Positions 1 to 9,178 of a DNA stretch of 64,000 nucleotides are shown here, piece by piece. Each line of letters opens with the position of its first letter. Position 1 is the first letter of the stretch. A program made the translations under genes and the position numbers. This DNA is from a virus: the IMG/VR virus record IMGVR_UViG_3300008108_000323, positions 2,820 to 66,819 of that record. One strand, given 5' to 3'. The notes beneath the pieces were generated by a model. That model was not told where the DNA came from, made no database searches, and saw nothing but the letters and a program-made list of their open reading frames with translations.

Positions 1-641
1 CCGCAAACACCACCAAGCAAAAGATACAAAAATGATTGTTTGTACTTTTCGATGAAGCGGTTCCTGTAGAGAATATCATTAGCCAAACGTTGAGCAATCA
101 CTTCTGCGTACTCTTTGTAGTCATACAGCATGAAGCGCTCCAAGTCTTCTGGAGTTTCGAATTGTTCTACTCCTGTTGGATTGAACTCAACTCCGTCTTG
201 GCTCATGCGTTCAAAAATCTCTTGGTACTTGATCTTCACCATGCCCATGGCAAGCATCATGTTCTTTTTTGAAACTAGGGCCTCAGATGTACCTTTGACA
301 GACGGTTCAATGTTTTCAATCATCTTGATAGCATTACCTATCATGAAATCAATCATTGAAGTTAACTTCTGTCCATTAATCCAGACAGTAGGTAAATCAC
401 AGTTGTTTTCGTCTTTAGTCTTGTAGTAGTAATCTTTGTTTTCTTGTTTACCCAAATAGTAAGTAAACATTCGTAGCATTTCATCTACAGGCTTTTCATA
501 TGTTGCAGTGTTCTGATACCCCAACATATTCTGCTGTGTGTTGTACTTTTCAGCAACGTAGCGCAGCGAATCCTTATACCATTCAGCATCTTTTTGGTTT
601 TCTGGTATAAATTGATTGGGTTGGTCTCTTAGAGCAATCAT
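1..641 (-). CDS. Portal protein, N-terminal part (runs off window start; not in ORF track)
   Basis: Manual translation from ATG at 641 is open to the window edge: MIALRDQPNQFIPENQKDAEWY...EMLRMFTYYLGKQ...; resembles the N-terminus of crAss-like portals; same strand as the capsid module. Confidence 0.7.
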   Translation of the reverse strand, partial: MIALRDQPNQFIPENQKDAEWYKDSLRYVAEKYNTQQNMLGYQNTATYEKPVDEMLRMFTYYLGKQENKDYYYKTKDENNCDLPTVWINGQKLTSMIDFMIGNAIKMIENIEPSVKGTSEALVSKKNMMLAMGMVKIKYQEIFERMSQDGVEFNPTGVEQFETPEDLERFMLYDYKEYAEVIAQRLANDILYRNRFIEKYKQSFLYLLLGGVC

Positions 642-662
642 TGAATTTTTGCGAAATTTACA

Positions 663-670
663 CAAATATA
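663..670 (-). promoter_or_regulatory. Bacteroidota sigma70 -7 element (TATATTTG) upstream of portal
   Basis: Matches TAnnTTTG consensus, 21 nt before the portal ATG. Confidence 0.55.
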
Positions 671-1009
671 GTTAAACTAAAATAAGAAACGTCTTATTTT
701 ACTATAAGAGTACTAAAGTTAAATAATGATTTGCTTGGCACTGAGGATATGCGTGAGCTATCCCAAAAAGGGTGCTCACCATAAAAGACTTGCTCGTTTA
801 CTGTCTTCAATGACTGATGTGGAACATGCAAGCCCATCAGCTTGGAATCAACTGTCGAAGGTTGCACCCTCCGTCCGGTCCTGCGAATCATTCCTTAGTG
901 CCATCGCTGTGCTGTGCCGGAATCCCATGGTAGCACACAACCCTAAAACGCCACCGTCTTTTCACCGACCGTCATAGGGGGGTACAAATGTAAAACTCTT
1001 TTTTAAAAA

Positions 1010-1435
1010 TCAAAATGTGCTCAGCATATTTTTTGAAATGAGATATTCCAAATCGTGGAAAAGCAAATCCCATGGATTGATGTTCAGGCCAAACCCAAAG
1101 TCAATTGCAAAGGACATGATGTTATCGGTACGATAGTATTCCGGGGTGAGCAAATCTTTGTTCTTGTAGACAGATTCCAATCCCCCGGACTTGCGTCTAA
1201 TTTCTGCAGCCAGATCGTTCAGCGTCATGTTTCGCTTCTTCAAGATGTAATTTAGATTCTTCACTAGTATTTTGGCTAGGCTACTTATCTTGAGTTCTCT
1301 TTGGTCGTAGTAGTAGCTTTTCAGCAACTCTTGGATTCTACGATCTTCTAGAAATTTTGGACCGCCCTCTTGTTGGATGTTGATAATTTCCTGCTGGATT
1401 TCGTCAATTGTCAGTTGCCTTTTTAAAATTCTCAT
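1010..1435 (-). CDS. Putative XRE/HTH transcriptional regulator
   Basis: LVKNLNYILKKRNMTLNDLAAEI resembles Cro/CI helices 1-2; divergent from the SSB gene. Confidence 0.45.
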   Translation of the reverse strand: MRILKRQLTIDEIQQEIINIQQEGGPKFLEDRRIQELLKSYYYDQRELKISSLAKILVKNLNYILKKRNMTLNDLAAEIRRKSGGLESVYKNKDLLTPEYYRTDNIMSFAIDFGFGLNINPWDLLFHDLEYLISKNMLSTF

Positions 1436-1436
1436 A

Positions 1437-1444
1437 TATCTTTG
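1437..1444 (+). promoter_or_regulatory. Bacteroidota -7 element (TATCTTTG) for the recombination operon
   Basis: TAnnTTTG match ~50 nt upstream of ATG 1495. Confidence 0.55.
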
Positions 1445-1494
1445 CTCTATTCGTTTTTACGGACACAAAAATAGGAAACCTAAAATTAAAATAT

Positions 1495-2187
1495 ATGGCA
1501 CTAGGAAACAACTCGTCTGCAGTATTTGTAGACTTGCGTAACGGAAAAGTAATGCGTTACAGCAAAACAAACGAAATCGGAACCTTCCCGATTGTAAATT
1601 CAAAAGGTGAAACCCGCTACTACTTCATGTATGATTACATTGAAGGCCACGTTACAAACTTCAGCACAAGAGAAGAAGAAATCGCTGGCAAGGTTAAGTT
1701 GAAATTTCAAGTTCATCTTACTGACCAAGGAGAGAATTACATTTTGAAGATGGATGTTGATTCATCGTATTTCAGAATGTTCTGCTGCGTACTTCCAAAC
1801 ATTGATTGGAACTACCCTGTGCGTTTTATTCCTCGCATGAAGGAAGAGAACGGAGTTAAGAAAAGCTCTTTGATCGTGGTAAACAATGGCAACCCCATGA
1901 AGTTTGCTTTCACCAAAGACAATCCTAACGGAAAGCCTGATGTAACTTTCACCAAGAACAAGAAAGGTGAGATCATCGACATTGACCGTGAAGAAGAGCA
2001 GAAGTTTTTCTTCGCCTTGATTGCTAAAGCCAAGTCTCAGCTGGTACATCCAGCGGTTGCACAAGATGCACCTAGTGGATCAGCGCCGAAAAACGGCATA
2101 ATCAAGAGTCGAGCTTCCCACGATGAAGCAACAGAGGACACCTTTGGTTCAGAACCATTCACAGAAGACGACGGCTTACCTTGGTAA
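1495..2187 (+). CDS. Single-stranded DNA-binding protein-like
   Basis: Beta-rich body plus acidic C-terminal tail ending EDDGLPW, typical of SSBs; next to YqaJ; ATG 1495 preferred over TTG 1408. Confidence 0.6.
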   Translation: MALGNNSSAVFVDLRNGKVMRYSKTNEIGTFPIVNSKGETRYYFMYDYIEGHVTNFSTREEEIAGKVKLKFQVHLTDQGENYILKMDVDSSYFRMFCCVLPNIDWNYPVRFIPRMKEENGVKKSSLIVVNNGNPMKFAFTKDNPNGKPDVTFTKNKKGEIIDIDREEEQKFFFALIAKAKSQLVHPAVAQDAPSGSAPKNGIIKSRASHDEATEDTFGSEPFTEDDGLPW

Positions 2188-2196
2188 TCAAAACTT

Positions 2197-2535
2197 ATGT
2201 CAAAAATAGCTAACCCTGCGTTAGCTCAAGTGATTGCTGACGGTCTTGTAAAGCCAGCCAGCGAACTCAAGTCAAAGAAAAACCCTAAGAAAGTAGCAAC
2301 TGAAGAAAACTCAGTTGCTGCTCTTCCCGGGGGTGATGCTTTGGCCAAGGTTGAGAAGAAAACACTTGAGCACATCCAACATCATTACGATAAGGACGCA
2401 AAAATTCAAAAGCAGTCTTGCATGAAAGCAGCTGCATCCGTGTACAATCCTCCTTTTGGCGAAGACCCTGATCTTATTGCCAGTAAGGTTATTCAAATTG
2501 CAGAAAAACTATTCCAATGGGTGAACTCAAATTAA
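2197..2535 (+). CDS. Hypothetical protein
   Basis: 112-aa ORF tightly packed in the operon. Confidence 0.6.
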   Translation: MSKIANPALAQVIADGLVKPASELKSKKNPKKVATEENSVAALPGGDALAKVEKKTLEHIQHHYDKDAKIQKQSCMKAAASVYNPPFGEDPDLIASKVIQIAEKLFQWVNSN

Positions 2536-3521
2536 TCAACATAGACAAGGACACCAATCTTGATGAGTGGCTGGCCTTCAGAACAAACGGCCTTGGGGCT
2601 TCGGACATAGGGACTTTGATGGGATTGAATCCCTACAAGTCCAAGATAGAACTCTTCTATCAAAAACTAGGGCTCATACCAATCAAGCAAGACGAAAACA
2701 TTCCGATGTTCTACGGAAACCGTCTGGAAGAATTTGTAGCCAACATGTGGGAGTATTACGATGGTGAGGACGCTGAGTCTGTAATCCGTAATTACAACGA
2801 GGGAACCAAGATCCGACACTGTAGATCCGTATCTGGATACATAGTTAACAGCGATTACCCCCATTTGTTTTTATCCCCGGACCGTATCATAGTGTCCTCA
2901 GAAACGGACAAACTGATCTACGGTGGAAAACTCATAAGGAAAAATTTCAAGGGTGTTCTGGAAGTAAAGACCATTAACGGATTTGCCTCTAAGCAGTGGG
3001 AAGCAGGTATCCCGCCTTCATACGTGACCCAGCTGCAGACGTACTTGTTTGGCTTGGAAATAGAATACGGTGAGATTGTCTTCTTGGAAGATGGCCGAAA
3101 GCTGTGGTCTATTCCCATGGAGTTGAACATTAATCTTCGTGACCAGATTGTTTCTACCATGAATGAGTTCATGGACCGTATTGCAGCAGCAAAGGCCGAC
3201 ATTGAAAACGTTCACCTGTATGAACCTGAGCCAGATGGAACTGAAGCTTTCGAAAAATTCTTGAACAGCAAGTATTCTGACAGTGAGTCCAAGACTCTGC
3301 AGGGAACCGATGAGATGTTCCAGATAGCAGTTCGCCATAAAGTACTGAGCAGTGAAATCAAGGAAATGGAAAGCCAAAGTAGAGAATGTTCGAACCTTCT
3401 CAAGAACTACATGAAAGAGCACGAAGCAATTGACTTTGGGGAAGAGAAAGGAAAAATCAGCTGGAGAACCGACAACAGAGGAATTAGATCCTTACGTAAC
3501 AACATCAAACTATCAAACTAA
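2517..3521 (+). CDS. YqaJ-like viral recombinase/exonuclease (lambda exonuclease family)
   Basis: EWLAFRTNGLGASD, YGNRLEE, SPDR, LEVKT, YVTQLQ motifs. Confidence 0.9.
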   Translation: MGELKLINIDKDTNLDEWLAFRTNGLGASDIGTLMGLNPYKSKIELFYQKLGLIPIKQDENIPMFYGNRLEEFVANMWEYYDGEDAESVIRNYNEGTKIRHCRSVSGYIVNSDYPHLFLSPDRIIVSSETDKLIYGGKLIRKNFKGVLEVKTINGFASKQWEAGIPPSYVTQLQTYLFGLEIEYGEIVFLEDGRKLWSIPMELNINLRDQIVSTMNEFMDRIAAAKADIENVHLYEPEPDGTEAFEKFLNSKYSDSESKTLQGTDEMFQIAVRHKVLSSEIKEMESQSRECSNLLKNYMKEHEAIDFGEEKGKISWRTDNRGIRSLRNNIKLSN

Positions 3522-3536
3522 ACAACTAGAGCAGCT

Positions 3537-3752
3537 ATGCCAAAAAAATATCAAGACGTTCCACCTGCGGTAAGAAAAGTCTTATCCATGCGTGATGAAG
3601 TTGAATATCATCTTTCACGAGAGAACAGAACCGTTGAACAAGAGTTCACATTGATCATAAACAAAGAATCGAAATTACCCAAGCGTTTGCGTGATTTCAT
3701 TCTTGACTACTTTGAGGTACAGGAAAGCGAGCAGGTAGATGGAGAATTATGA
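3537..3752 (+). CDS. Hypothetical protein
   Basis: ORF in operon; overlaps next gene by ATGA. Confidence 0.6.
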   Translation: MPKKYQDVPPAVRKVLSMRDEVEYHLSRENRTVEQEFTLIINKESKLPKRLRDFILDYFEVQESEQVDGEL

Positions 3753-3952
3753 GTAAGAAAACAAAGCTCTACATTATGTTTGCACTGGCAGTGCTGAGCA
3801 CACTGGTAACACCCCTGCTGGCAAGATGGTATCAAGCACACACCGGTATTTATCCAGTACCTACCTACTTTGTATTATGGATTGGCTGGGGGGTAATTCT
3901 TATATCCATTATCACAGATGATTTTGATGATTTTAAAAACCAAGAATGGTAA
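3749..3952 (+). CDS. Small membrane protein (2 TM)
   Basis: Two hydrophobic stretches; C-terminus altered by the tandem duplication. Confidence 0.55.
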   Translation: MSKKTKLYIMFALAVLSTLVTPLLARWYQAHTGIYPVPTYFVLWIGWGVILISIITDDFDDFKNQEW

Positions 3953-4003
3953 TTCTTATATCCATTATCACAGATGATTTTGATGATTTTAAAAACCAAG
4001 AAT
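3892..4003. repeat. Perfect 56-bp tandem duplication
   Basis: GGTAATTCTT...CCAAGAAT at 3892-3947 and 3948-4003. Confidence 0.95.
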
Positions 4004-4013
4004 TCAACTAACA

Positions 4014-4601
4014 ATGAAAAAACTCCCCAAACTCCCCAAACCAACCACATCCCAGAAGACTCTCATAAAGTCCATATGCGATTACTTCTACAATCAAGCT
4101 ATCCGTTCCCCTTGGAGAACCGATTATATCGTCCTGAGGATGTCTGAAGAAGCCAGTAAGGATTACAACGATCTCATCTTTATCCCGAACTTCAACAATA
4201 AAGACGATTTTGAGTTCTATTCGCCCTACAAATGCAACGCCTTCGCCAGTGATGATGCAAAAATTATCACAGGATCATACGACTACCGACTTGCAAAACG
4301 ACTCGGTGTGGTTTATGGCCAGCAAATGCAAAGCGTATTCTACAGCTGCTCATTAAAGTTCAAAGATGGAGAAACTGGACACCTCGGTGCGATGAGTGAC
4401 GGAAACGAAAAATTTCTCAAGGGCATTAATCTGATTGCTCACCCAATCTTCAAGTTTATTCCCCCAGTTACCCCGATTTCCAACGCTTCTAAAGGGTCGA
4501 TTGTAATTCACCCCTCTGCACACGCTTTATTAAAAAGCAATTTCAACAGTAGGCATGTAAACTTTAATCTCTACGTTGTTGATCTCTCGCTTTTGGTGTA
4601 A
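4014..4601 (+). CDS. Hypothetical protein
   Basis: 195-aa ORF, last gene before the terminator. Confidence 0.65.
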   Translation: MKKLPKLPKPTTSQKTLIKSICDYFYNQAIRSPWRTDYIVLRMSEEASKDYNDLIFIPNFNNKDDFEFYSPYKCNAFASDDAKIITGSYDYRLAKRLGVVYGQQMQSVFYSCSLKFKDGETGHLGAMSDGNEKFLKGINLIAHPIFKFIPPVTPISNASKGSIVIHPSAHALLKSNFNSRHVNFNLYVVDLSLLV

Positions 4602-4610
4602 AAAAGTGTC

Positions 4611-4684
4611 TGTATAACTTTTTGTGGAACTTTTTTTGTCTCCACCCGGGAAAATCGGAGACCAAGTTTCTAAAAAGTTATACA
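4611..4684. repeat. Long imperfect inverted repeat
   Basis: TGTATAACTTTTT...GTCTCC / GGAGAC...AAAAAGTTATACA. Confidence 0.75.
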
Positions 4685-4708
4685 AAAAGCTATACAAATA
4701 CCAATTTT

Positions 4709-4742
4709 AAGGCCCTCTGGTAATGATCAGGGGGTCTTTTTT
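4709..4742 (+). terminator. Intrinsic terminator
   Basis: AAGGCCCTCTGGT-aatg-ATCAGGGGGTCTT followed by a T run. Confidence 0.7.
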
Positions 4743-5423
4743 ATTACCCCCGGGTACGTTTACCCCCCGGGGTGATGTTTGTGTGAGGGGTGGAGGTTAA
4801 CGATACAAAAATCTACGTCAAATCACACAAAAAAACACCCCCCATCTTCATGCATGTGCGGGGGCGCAAAACCGTGCGTGTTCTTCGTGCGGGGTTTAGC
4901 ATGCGAAATAAAAATTCGACTGACCTTCGGTCAAATGGCGGTTTATATAGGTAGAACCAACATTTGTTGGTGTCGGAAGGGGATGGATTGGGGTGGCTTT
5001 AAGGATTTGAATCGGAGATTCAGTCAGCCTAAAGAAAGAATGTTGGTGCTTCTCCTAAAATCAAACAGTTCCTGTTTGCCCTAAAAAGTGTCCAATTTTT
5101 GGGACGGCTTCACCCCTTAAGCAAAGCTTACATTGCTATTTCTCTGGCACTTAAACTCTTTAGAGTTTAGTAGGAGGTTTTCCTCACCTGTGTACACGGC
5201 TGTGTGGGCGCATATAGGGGCGCTTTTTTCGGTGTGTGGAACTGCATGGGGAAACAAGGCTTGGATACATGCCCTTGGATGTATGTCTGTCCCTATAGGT
5301 TACGCAAGAGTTAACGTAGTTAAAGGGATTTGTGGATAAGTCTTTTTACCTTTAGGTAAGTGATGTGAATAAGTGGTTCTGAGTCCCCAAGTCCCAAACC
5401 GACTAATTACTTTGGGTTTTTAT

Positions 5424-5469
5424 AGAGTTACTACTAACCCTTGTAAAGGGTGTAGTTAGTAGTAACTCT
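5424..5469. repeat. Early-region hairpin 1
   Basis: Perfect 15-bp arms AGAGTTACTACTAAC/GTTAGTAGTAACTCT around ACCCTT-gta-AAGGGT. Confidence 0.85.
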
Positions 5470-5494
5470 TAATATAAAAACACAAAGTAAAATT

Positions 5495-6355
5495 ATGAAG
5501 AACCAAACCAAACAAACCAAAATGCAGAGCATTCAAAATCAAGTTACCGAAGCAATGAAACAGAGTTTCATCGAATCGAGGAAAGTTTTTACTAAGGATG
5601 CAATCCTTAGCCATTTGGAATCTTTTGCCTCAAGAAAGACCAAGAAAGCGTGGCTATCCAAGCGCATTAACGACAGAGTCGTTTATCTACAGCTTCTAGC
5701 CCAAGCTTCAACCGAAGGTTGGAGGCACTTTTATGGTCAACCAATTCACCAAAAGTTCGTAGAACTTCAAATGGCGACTCTTCAATCTATGATTGACATT
5801 AGGCTATCTTTTGACCCAAAAAGTGAGCGTGAGTCTCTGAAAGAGACTTTCCTACGTCCTTTTTACGGTTCTGAAGCCCCAAGTCAACCGAAGGTTGTTG
5901 CTGAAAAACCAAAAGCAAGCAAGCCAGCGCCCCCTGCGAAACAACCGAAGGTTGAAAAGCCGACTGCCGAAAATCAAGTTTTACTTGAATTGACAAAATC
6001 AGTTACAGCCTTGGCAACTCAAATGGCATCTCTTACAGAGATGGTTCAAGCCAATAGCAAAGCTATTGTTGAACTTCAATCTCAACCAAAGGTTGTTGAG
6101 AAGGTTGTTCAAAAGGTTGTGAAACAACCTAAGGTTGCAGTAACTCAACCAAAGGTTGAAAGCAAGGTTGTCGTAACTCAACCGAAGGTTGTCAAGAAGA
6201 AAGAAAGCTCTCAAATCAATCTTCTTGAAGCCTTCATGAAGACCAATGCTCCAAAGGAAGAAAAGAAATCTACGATTTCTCACGAAGAGGCTTTTGAACA
6301 CCGTTCTGACGTTGAAAAATCAGTTTGGAGAAAGTTTCGCATGGAGGTTAGATAA
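5495..6355 (+). CDS. First early protein; Lys/Pro/Val-rich with QPKV repeats and a coiled coil
   Basis: 286-aa ORF with A-rich leader; repeated QPKV(V/E/A). Confidence 0.75.
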   Translation: MKNQTKQTKMQSIQNQVTEAMKQSFIESRKVFTKDAILSHLESFASRKTKKAWLSKRINDRVVYLQLLAQASTEGWRHFYGQPIHQKFVELQMATLQSMIDIRLSFDPKSERESLKETFLRPFYGSEAPSQPKVVAEKPKASKPAPPAKQPKVEKPTAENQVLLELTKSVTALATQMASLTEMVQANSKAIVELQSQPKVVEKVVQKVVKQPKVAVTQPKVESKVVVTQPKVVKKKESSQINLLEAFMKTNAPKEEKKSTISHEEAFEHRSDVEKSVWRKFRMEVR

Positions 6356-6420
6356 CCTCCATTTTTATCAAAAGTTCACTGAATCAAAGAAAAAACACAC
6401 ACAAATCAAAGAAAAAACCT

Positions 6421-6651
6421 ATGCAAAAGCAAATTATCAAGTTCGCTAAGAACATCATTGCCATTGTGGCGACAATCGCTATCGTTACTTTAGTAATCAG
6501 CACAATTCTCTGTATCATGGCAAGCCTCGTATCGCCTTTTTCATTCGTAGAATGTTTTAGAAGTGGCGGTAACCATGCTATCGTTTTCTTTACAGCCATT
6601 GTAGTAACCATTGGCGTTTTTGTAACTATCTCAAGTGAAACAAACCTTTAA
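6421..6651 (+). CDS. Small membrane protein
   Basis: Two hydrophobic helices. Confidence 0.6.
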   Translation: MQKQIIKFAKNIIAIVATIAIVTLVISTILCIMASLVSPFSFVECFRSGGNHAIVFFTAIVVTIGVFVTISSETNL

Positions 6652-6661
6652 TTTCAAGACT

Positions 6662-7024
6662 ATGCTTTTCAAAGAATATCAAACCATTTACACCGACTTC
6701 ATTCTCGATTTTAACCGTAGGTTAGACAAAGTAACTGACAACTGGGCTATCATTGTCGACAATCATGTAAAACATGGAACAAGTTCTGAAGCCACAATCC
6801 AAGATTTTATCTTGAATCTAAGTAGCCTCAAAGTATCCTTCGACAGATATCCCGAAGATATGCACTTCAAATTCCTACAACCTAGGGTTGAAAGTATATC
6901 TTCGAAAGTCCTCTACGATATCGAAGATATTCGCCACATCGACAAAGATACTTTGGCTGATGTCGACGAACTAATCGGCGAACTTGAGTACTACACTTGG
7001 AACATCCTAGAAAATAATAACTAA
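6662..7024 (+). CDS. Hypothetical early protein
   Basis: In-frame ATG 6662 within ORF 6635-7024. Confidence 0.6.
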   Translation: MLFKEYQTIYTDFILDFNRRLDKVTDNWAIIVDNHVKHGTSSEATIQDFILNLSSLKVSFDRYPEDMHFKFLQPRVESISSKVLYDIEDIRHIDKDTLADVDELIGELEYYTWNILENNN

Positions 7025-7043
7025 TCAAAGAAAAAATAAAATC

Positions 7044-7307
7044 ATGAGTGACTATCACATCGTAAAAAACATGCTCAAAAACTTCGAGCAAATTGACAAA
7101 CCACAACCAAAGGTTGACTTCGTGCCCTTTGAAGGTGACTATGTTCTGCTGACTGACGGCAAATCTGACGGCTCTGTCTATCATCACACTTCAGTTGTAG
7201 AGTTCTTAAATGCTGGCTATGTCTTGAAACCTAATCAAGAGTTTAGGCGAATGACAGAACTGACTGTCGAAGAGATGTTGTACTTTCTCGAACACCGACA
7301 AATTTAA
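7044..7307 (+). CDS. Hypothetical early protein
   Basis: ORF with A-rich leader. Confidence 0.65.
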   Translation: MSDYHIVKNMLKNFEQIDKPQPKVDFVPFEGDYVLLTDGKSDGSVYHHTSVVEFLNAGYVLKPNQEFRRMTELTVEEMLYFLEHRQI

Positions 7308-7336
7308 CCGAGATAGCCGAAACAACCATGCTGTTT

Positions 7337-7401
7337 ACTCTCTCTTCCTTTTATATAACCCTGAGTTCTTACGAAGGGTTACATAAAAGGTTAGAGAGAG
7401 T
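7337..7401. repeat. Early-region hairpin 2
   Basis: ACTCTCTCT.CCTTTTAT.TAACCCT / AGGGTTA.ATAAAAGG..AGAGAGAGT. Confidence 0.85.
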
Positions 7402-7656
7402 TAGAATGGCTCTGAACTACCTGCGATTTGGGAAAAGGACAGAAAAGATGCTGCCGAAGGCAGAGTGAGTTTGTTTCACCCTAATTTCTATGTTCAATAT
7501 GTCAACATGATTTCTGACATCGTGGACTCAATCGATAGATTGTATCATGAACAATACAGCACAGAACCATTCAAGCCAACAGAAAAGTATCCTTATTTCG
7601 AGGACGAAACCAAGTAAACCAAACCACAACACAACTCAATAAATTAAAGTAAATCT

Positions 7657-7839
7657 ATGAAAAAATTAGCAGCATTCATCACAGCCTTGTCCTTTGCACT
7701 TTGTATCATTAGCATCAGACAATTTTCAATTGAAGGTATGGCTCATTCGGGGGTCTATCTCTACCTGTCAATCGCTACAGCGATAAGCACAGGACTTTGT
7801 CTAATCATCGCAAATGACTTGTTCAACAAGAAAGATTAA
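7657..7839 (+). CDS. Small membrane protein
   Basis: Two hydrophobic segments. Confidence 0.6.
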   Translation: MKKLAAFITALSFALCIISIRQFSIEGMAHSGVYLYLSIATAISTGLCLIIANDLFNKKD

Positions 7840-7850
7840 CTATCTAAACT

Positions 7851-8096
7851 ATGATTATATTCATCGAAGAAAAGTATGTTCTAGAGGTAGCCAAGAGATT
7901 CTGGCTACCTTCTGAGAACAGTCCACTGAAAGCTATGACCTATCAAGTCATTTTGAAGGACGCAAGGTCAAAAGCAGAGTTAAACAAGCAAGTACTTCTT
8001 CATGGCGACGAAATTCTAAGCCATGTCAAAGACATTCTTCCGCAGTATTTCACCCAAATCGAACAACAAATCAAAAAAGAACTAAATTTAAAGTAA
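7851..8096 (+). CDS. Hypothetical early protein
   Basis: ORF in tight operon. Confidence 0.6.
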   Translation: MIIFIEEKYVLEVAKRFWLPSENSPLKAMTYQVILKDARSKAELNKQVLLHGDEILSHVKDILPQYFTQIEQQIKKELNLK

Positions 8097-8098
8097 TC

Positions 8099-8659
8099 AT
8101 GAAAAACCAAATCACTTTCGAAAACATCAACGTTGAAATCATTCACGAACAGTCACCCGAAAATCCAAGAACAAACGACAATCTGACCCAGTTTGCTATG
8201 TTCCATAGAAAGTACACATTACCAAACGAAATAAACATCCCAAATTACGCTGATTTCTTTGGCTCATGGGAAGAAATGCAAACTGACTTACAGTCAAATT
8301 TCAAACATGTGGTTCCTGTTTATATGCTTGACCACAGTGGGCTTGCTTTTTCTCTGAGTGACTTTAATGACCGTTGGGATTCGGGGCAAGTTGGATTCAT
8401 TGTCGCCAAGGAAGGGACAGAGGAAGAGTTCATGAAAAATGCTCAGTCAGAACTTTTAACCTATGGTTATTACGTCAGCGGAGAGTGCTACGGCTTCCTA
8501 GTCTATGATTCAGAGTCAGAAGATGCGGAATCTGTTTGGGGATTCTACGGATACGACCATAAAGAAAGCGGACTCTTAGAGTCTCTGTTCCATAGCTTGC
8601 AATATAGCTTTGGTCTGACCCCCGAAATCTCAGCCAAAATCATAGAAGAAATAATCTAA
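8099..8659 (+). CDS. Conserved phage/ICE early protein (DHSG...WDSGQVG family)
   Basis: Motifs ENPR, YMLDHSG, WDSGQVGFI, GECYGF, WGFYG; function unknown. Confidence 0.7.
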   Translation: MKNQITFENINVEIIHEQSPENPRTNDNLTQFAMFHRKYTLPNEINIPNYADFFGSWEEMQTDLQSNFKHVVPVYMLDHSGLAFSLSDFNDRWDSGQVGFIVAKEGTEEEFMKNAQSELLTYGYYVSGECYGFLVYDSESEDAESVWGFYGYDHKESGLLESLFHSLQYSFGLTPEISAKIIEEII

Positions 8660-8708
8660 TCAGAACACACAACACACAATAATCACAGAAAAAATAAATT
8701 AAAAAATC

Positions 8709-9068
8709 ATGGGACGCTATTATTCAGGAGACATCGAAGGCAAGTTTTGGTTTGCCGTACAATCAAGTAACGCTGCCGACAGATTCGGTGTACAAGGTCA
8801 AACACCCGAAATGCTTCACTACTACTTTGACAAATATGATTTGCCAAAACTTGAAGCCGAAATCCAAAGGATTGAAGAGTTTCTCGGCAAAGACAAGCAA
8901 AAGCTAGACGAATTATTCGAAACACACGGTGGTTGGAATGACAAACTGCTCAAAGAAAACAACATCACAGAAAAACAATTAAGTGAATATGCTGACCTTA
9001 TCTTAGGTTACAAGATTCACAGTTCGATATTGGAAAACGGACAATGTTCTTTCGACGCTGAATTGTAA
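8709..9068 (+). CDS. Conserved hypothetical phage protein (MGRYYSGDIEGKFWF family)
   Basis: N-terminal motif recalled from aquatic phages. Confidence 0.65.
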   Translation: MGRYYSGDIEGKFWFAVQSSNAADRFGVQGQTPEMLHYYFDKYDLPKLEAEIQRIEEFLGKDKQKLDELFETHGGWNDKLLKENNITEKQLSEYADLILGYKIHSSILENGQCSFDAEL

Positions 9069-9090
9069 CCACAAAAACCAACCAACTTAA

Positions 9091-9145
9091 CATATTCCTT
9101 TTTATACTACCCTGATTTTATGAGGGTAGTATAAAAAGGGATATG
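9091..9145. repeat. Early-region hairpin 3
   Basis: 23-bp stem CATATTCCTTTTTATACTACCCT / AGGGTAGTATAAAAAGGGATATG (one G-T pair), 9-nt loop. Confidence 0.9.
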
Positions 9146-9178
9146 GTAAAACAATCAAAAATCAATCAAACAAACAAC

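Noticed and set aside
36-426. Plus-strand ORFs 36-272 and 130-426
   Set aside because: Antisense shadows of the portal gene on the minus strand.
4779-5339. ORFs 4779-5084 and 5133-5339
   Set aside because: TTG starts, atypical Cys/Trp-rich composition, located in the non-coding hinge after a terminator.
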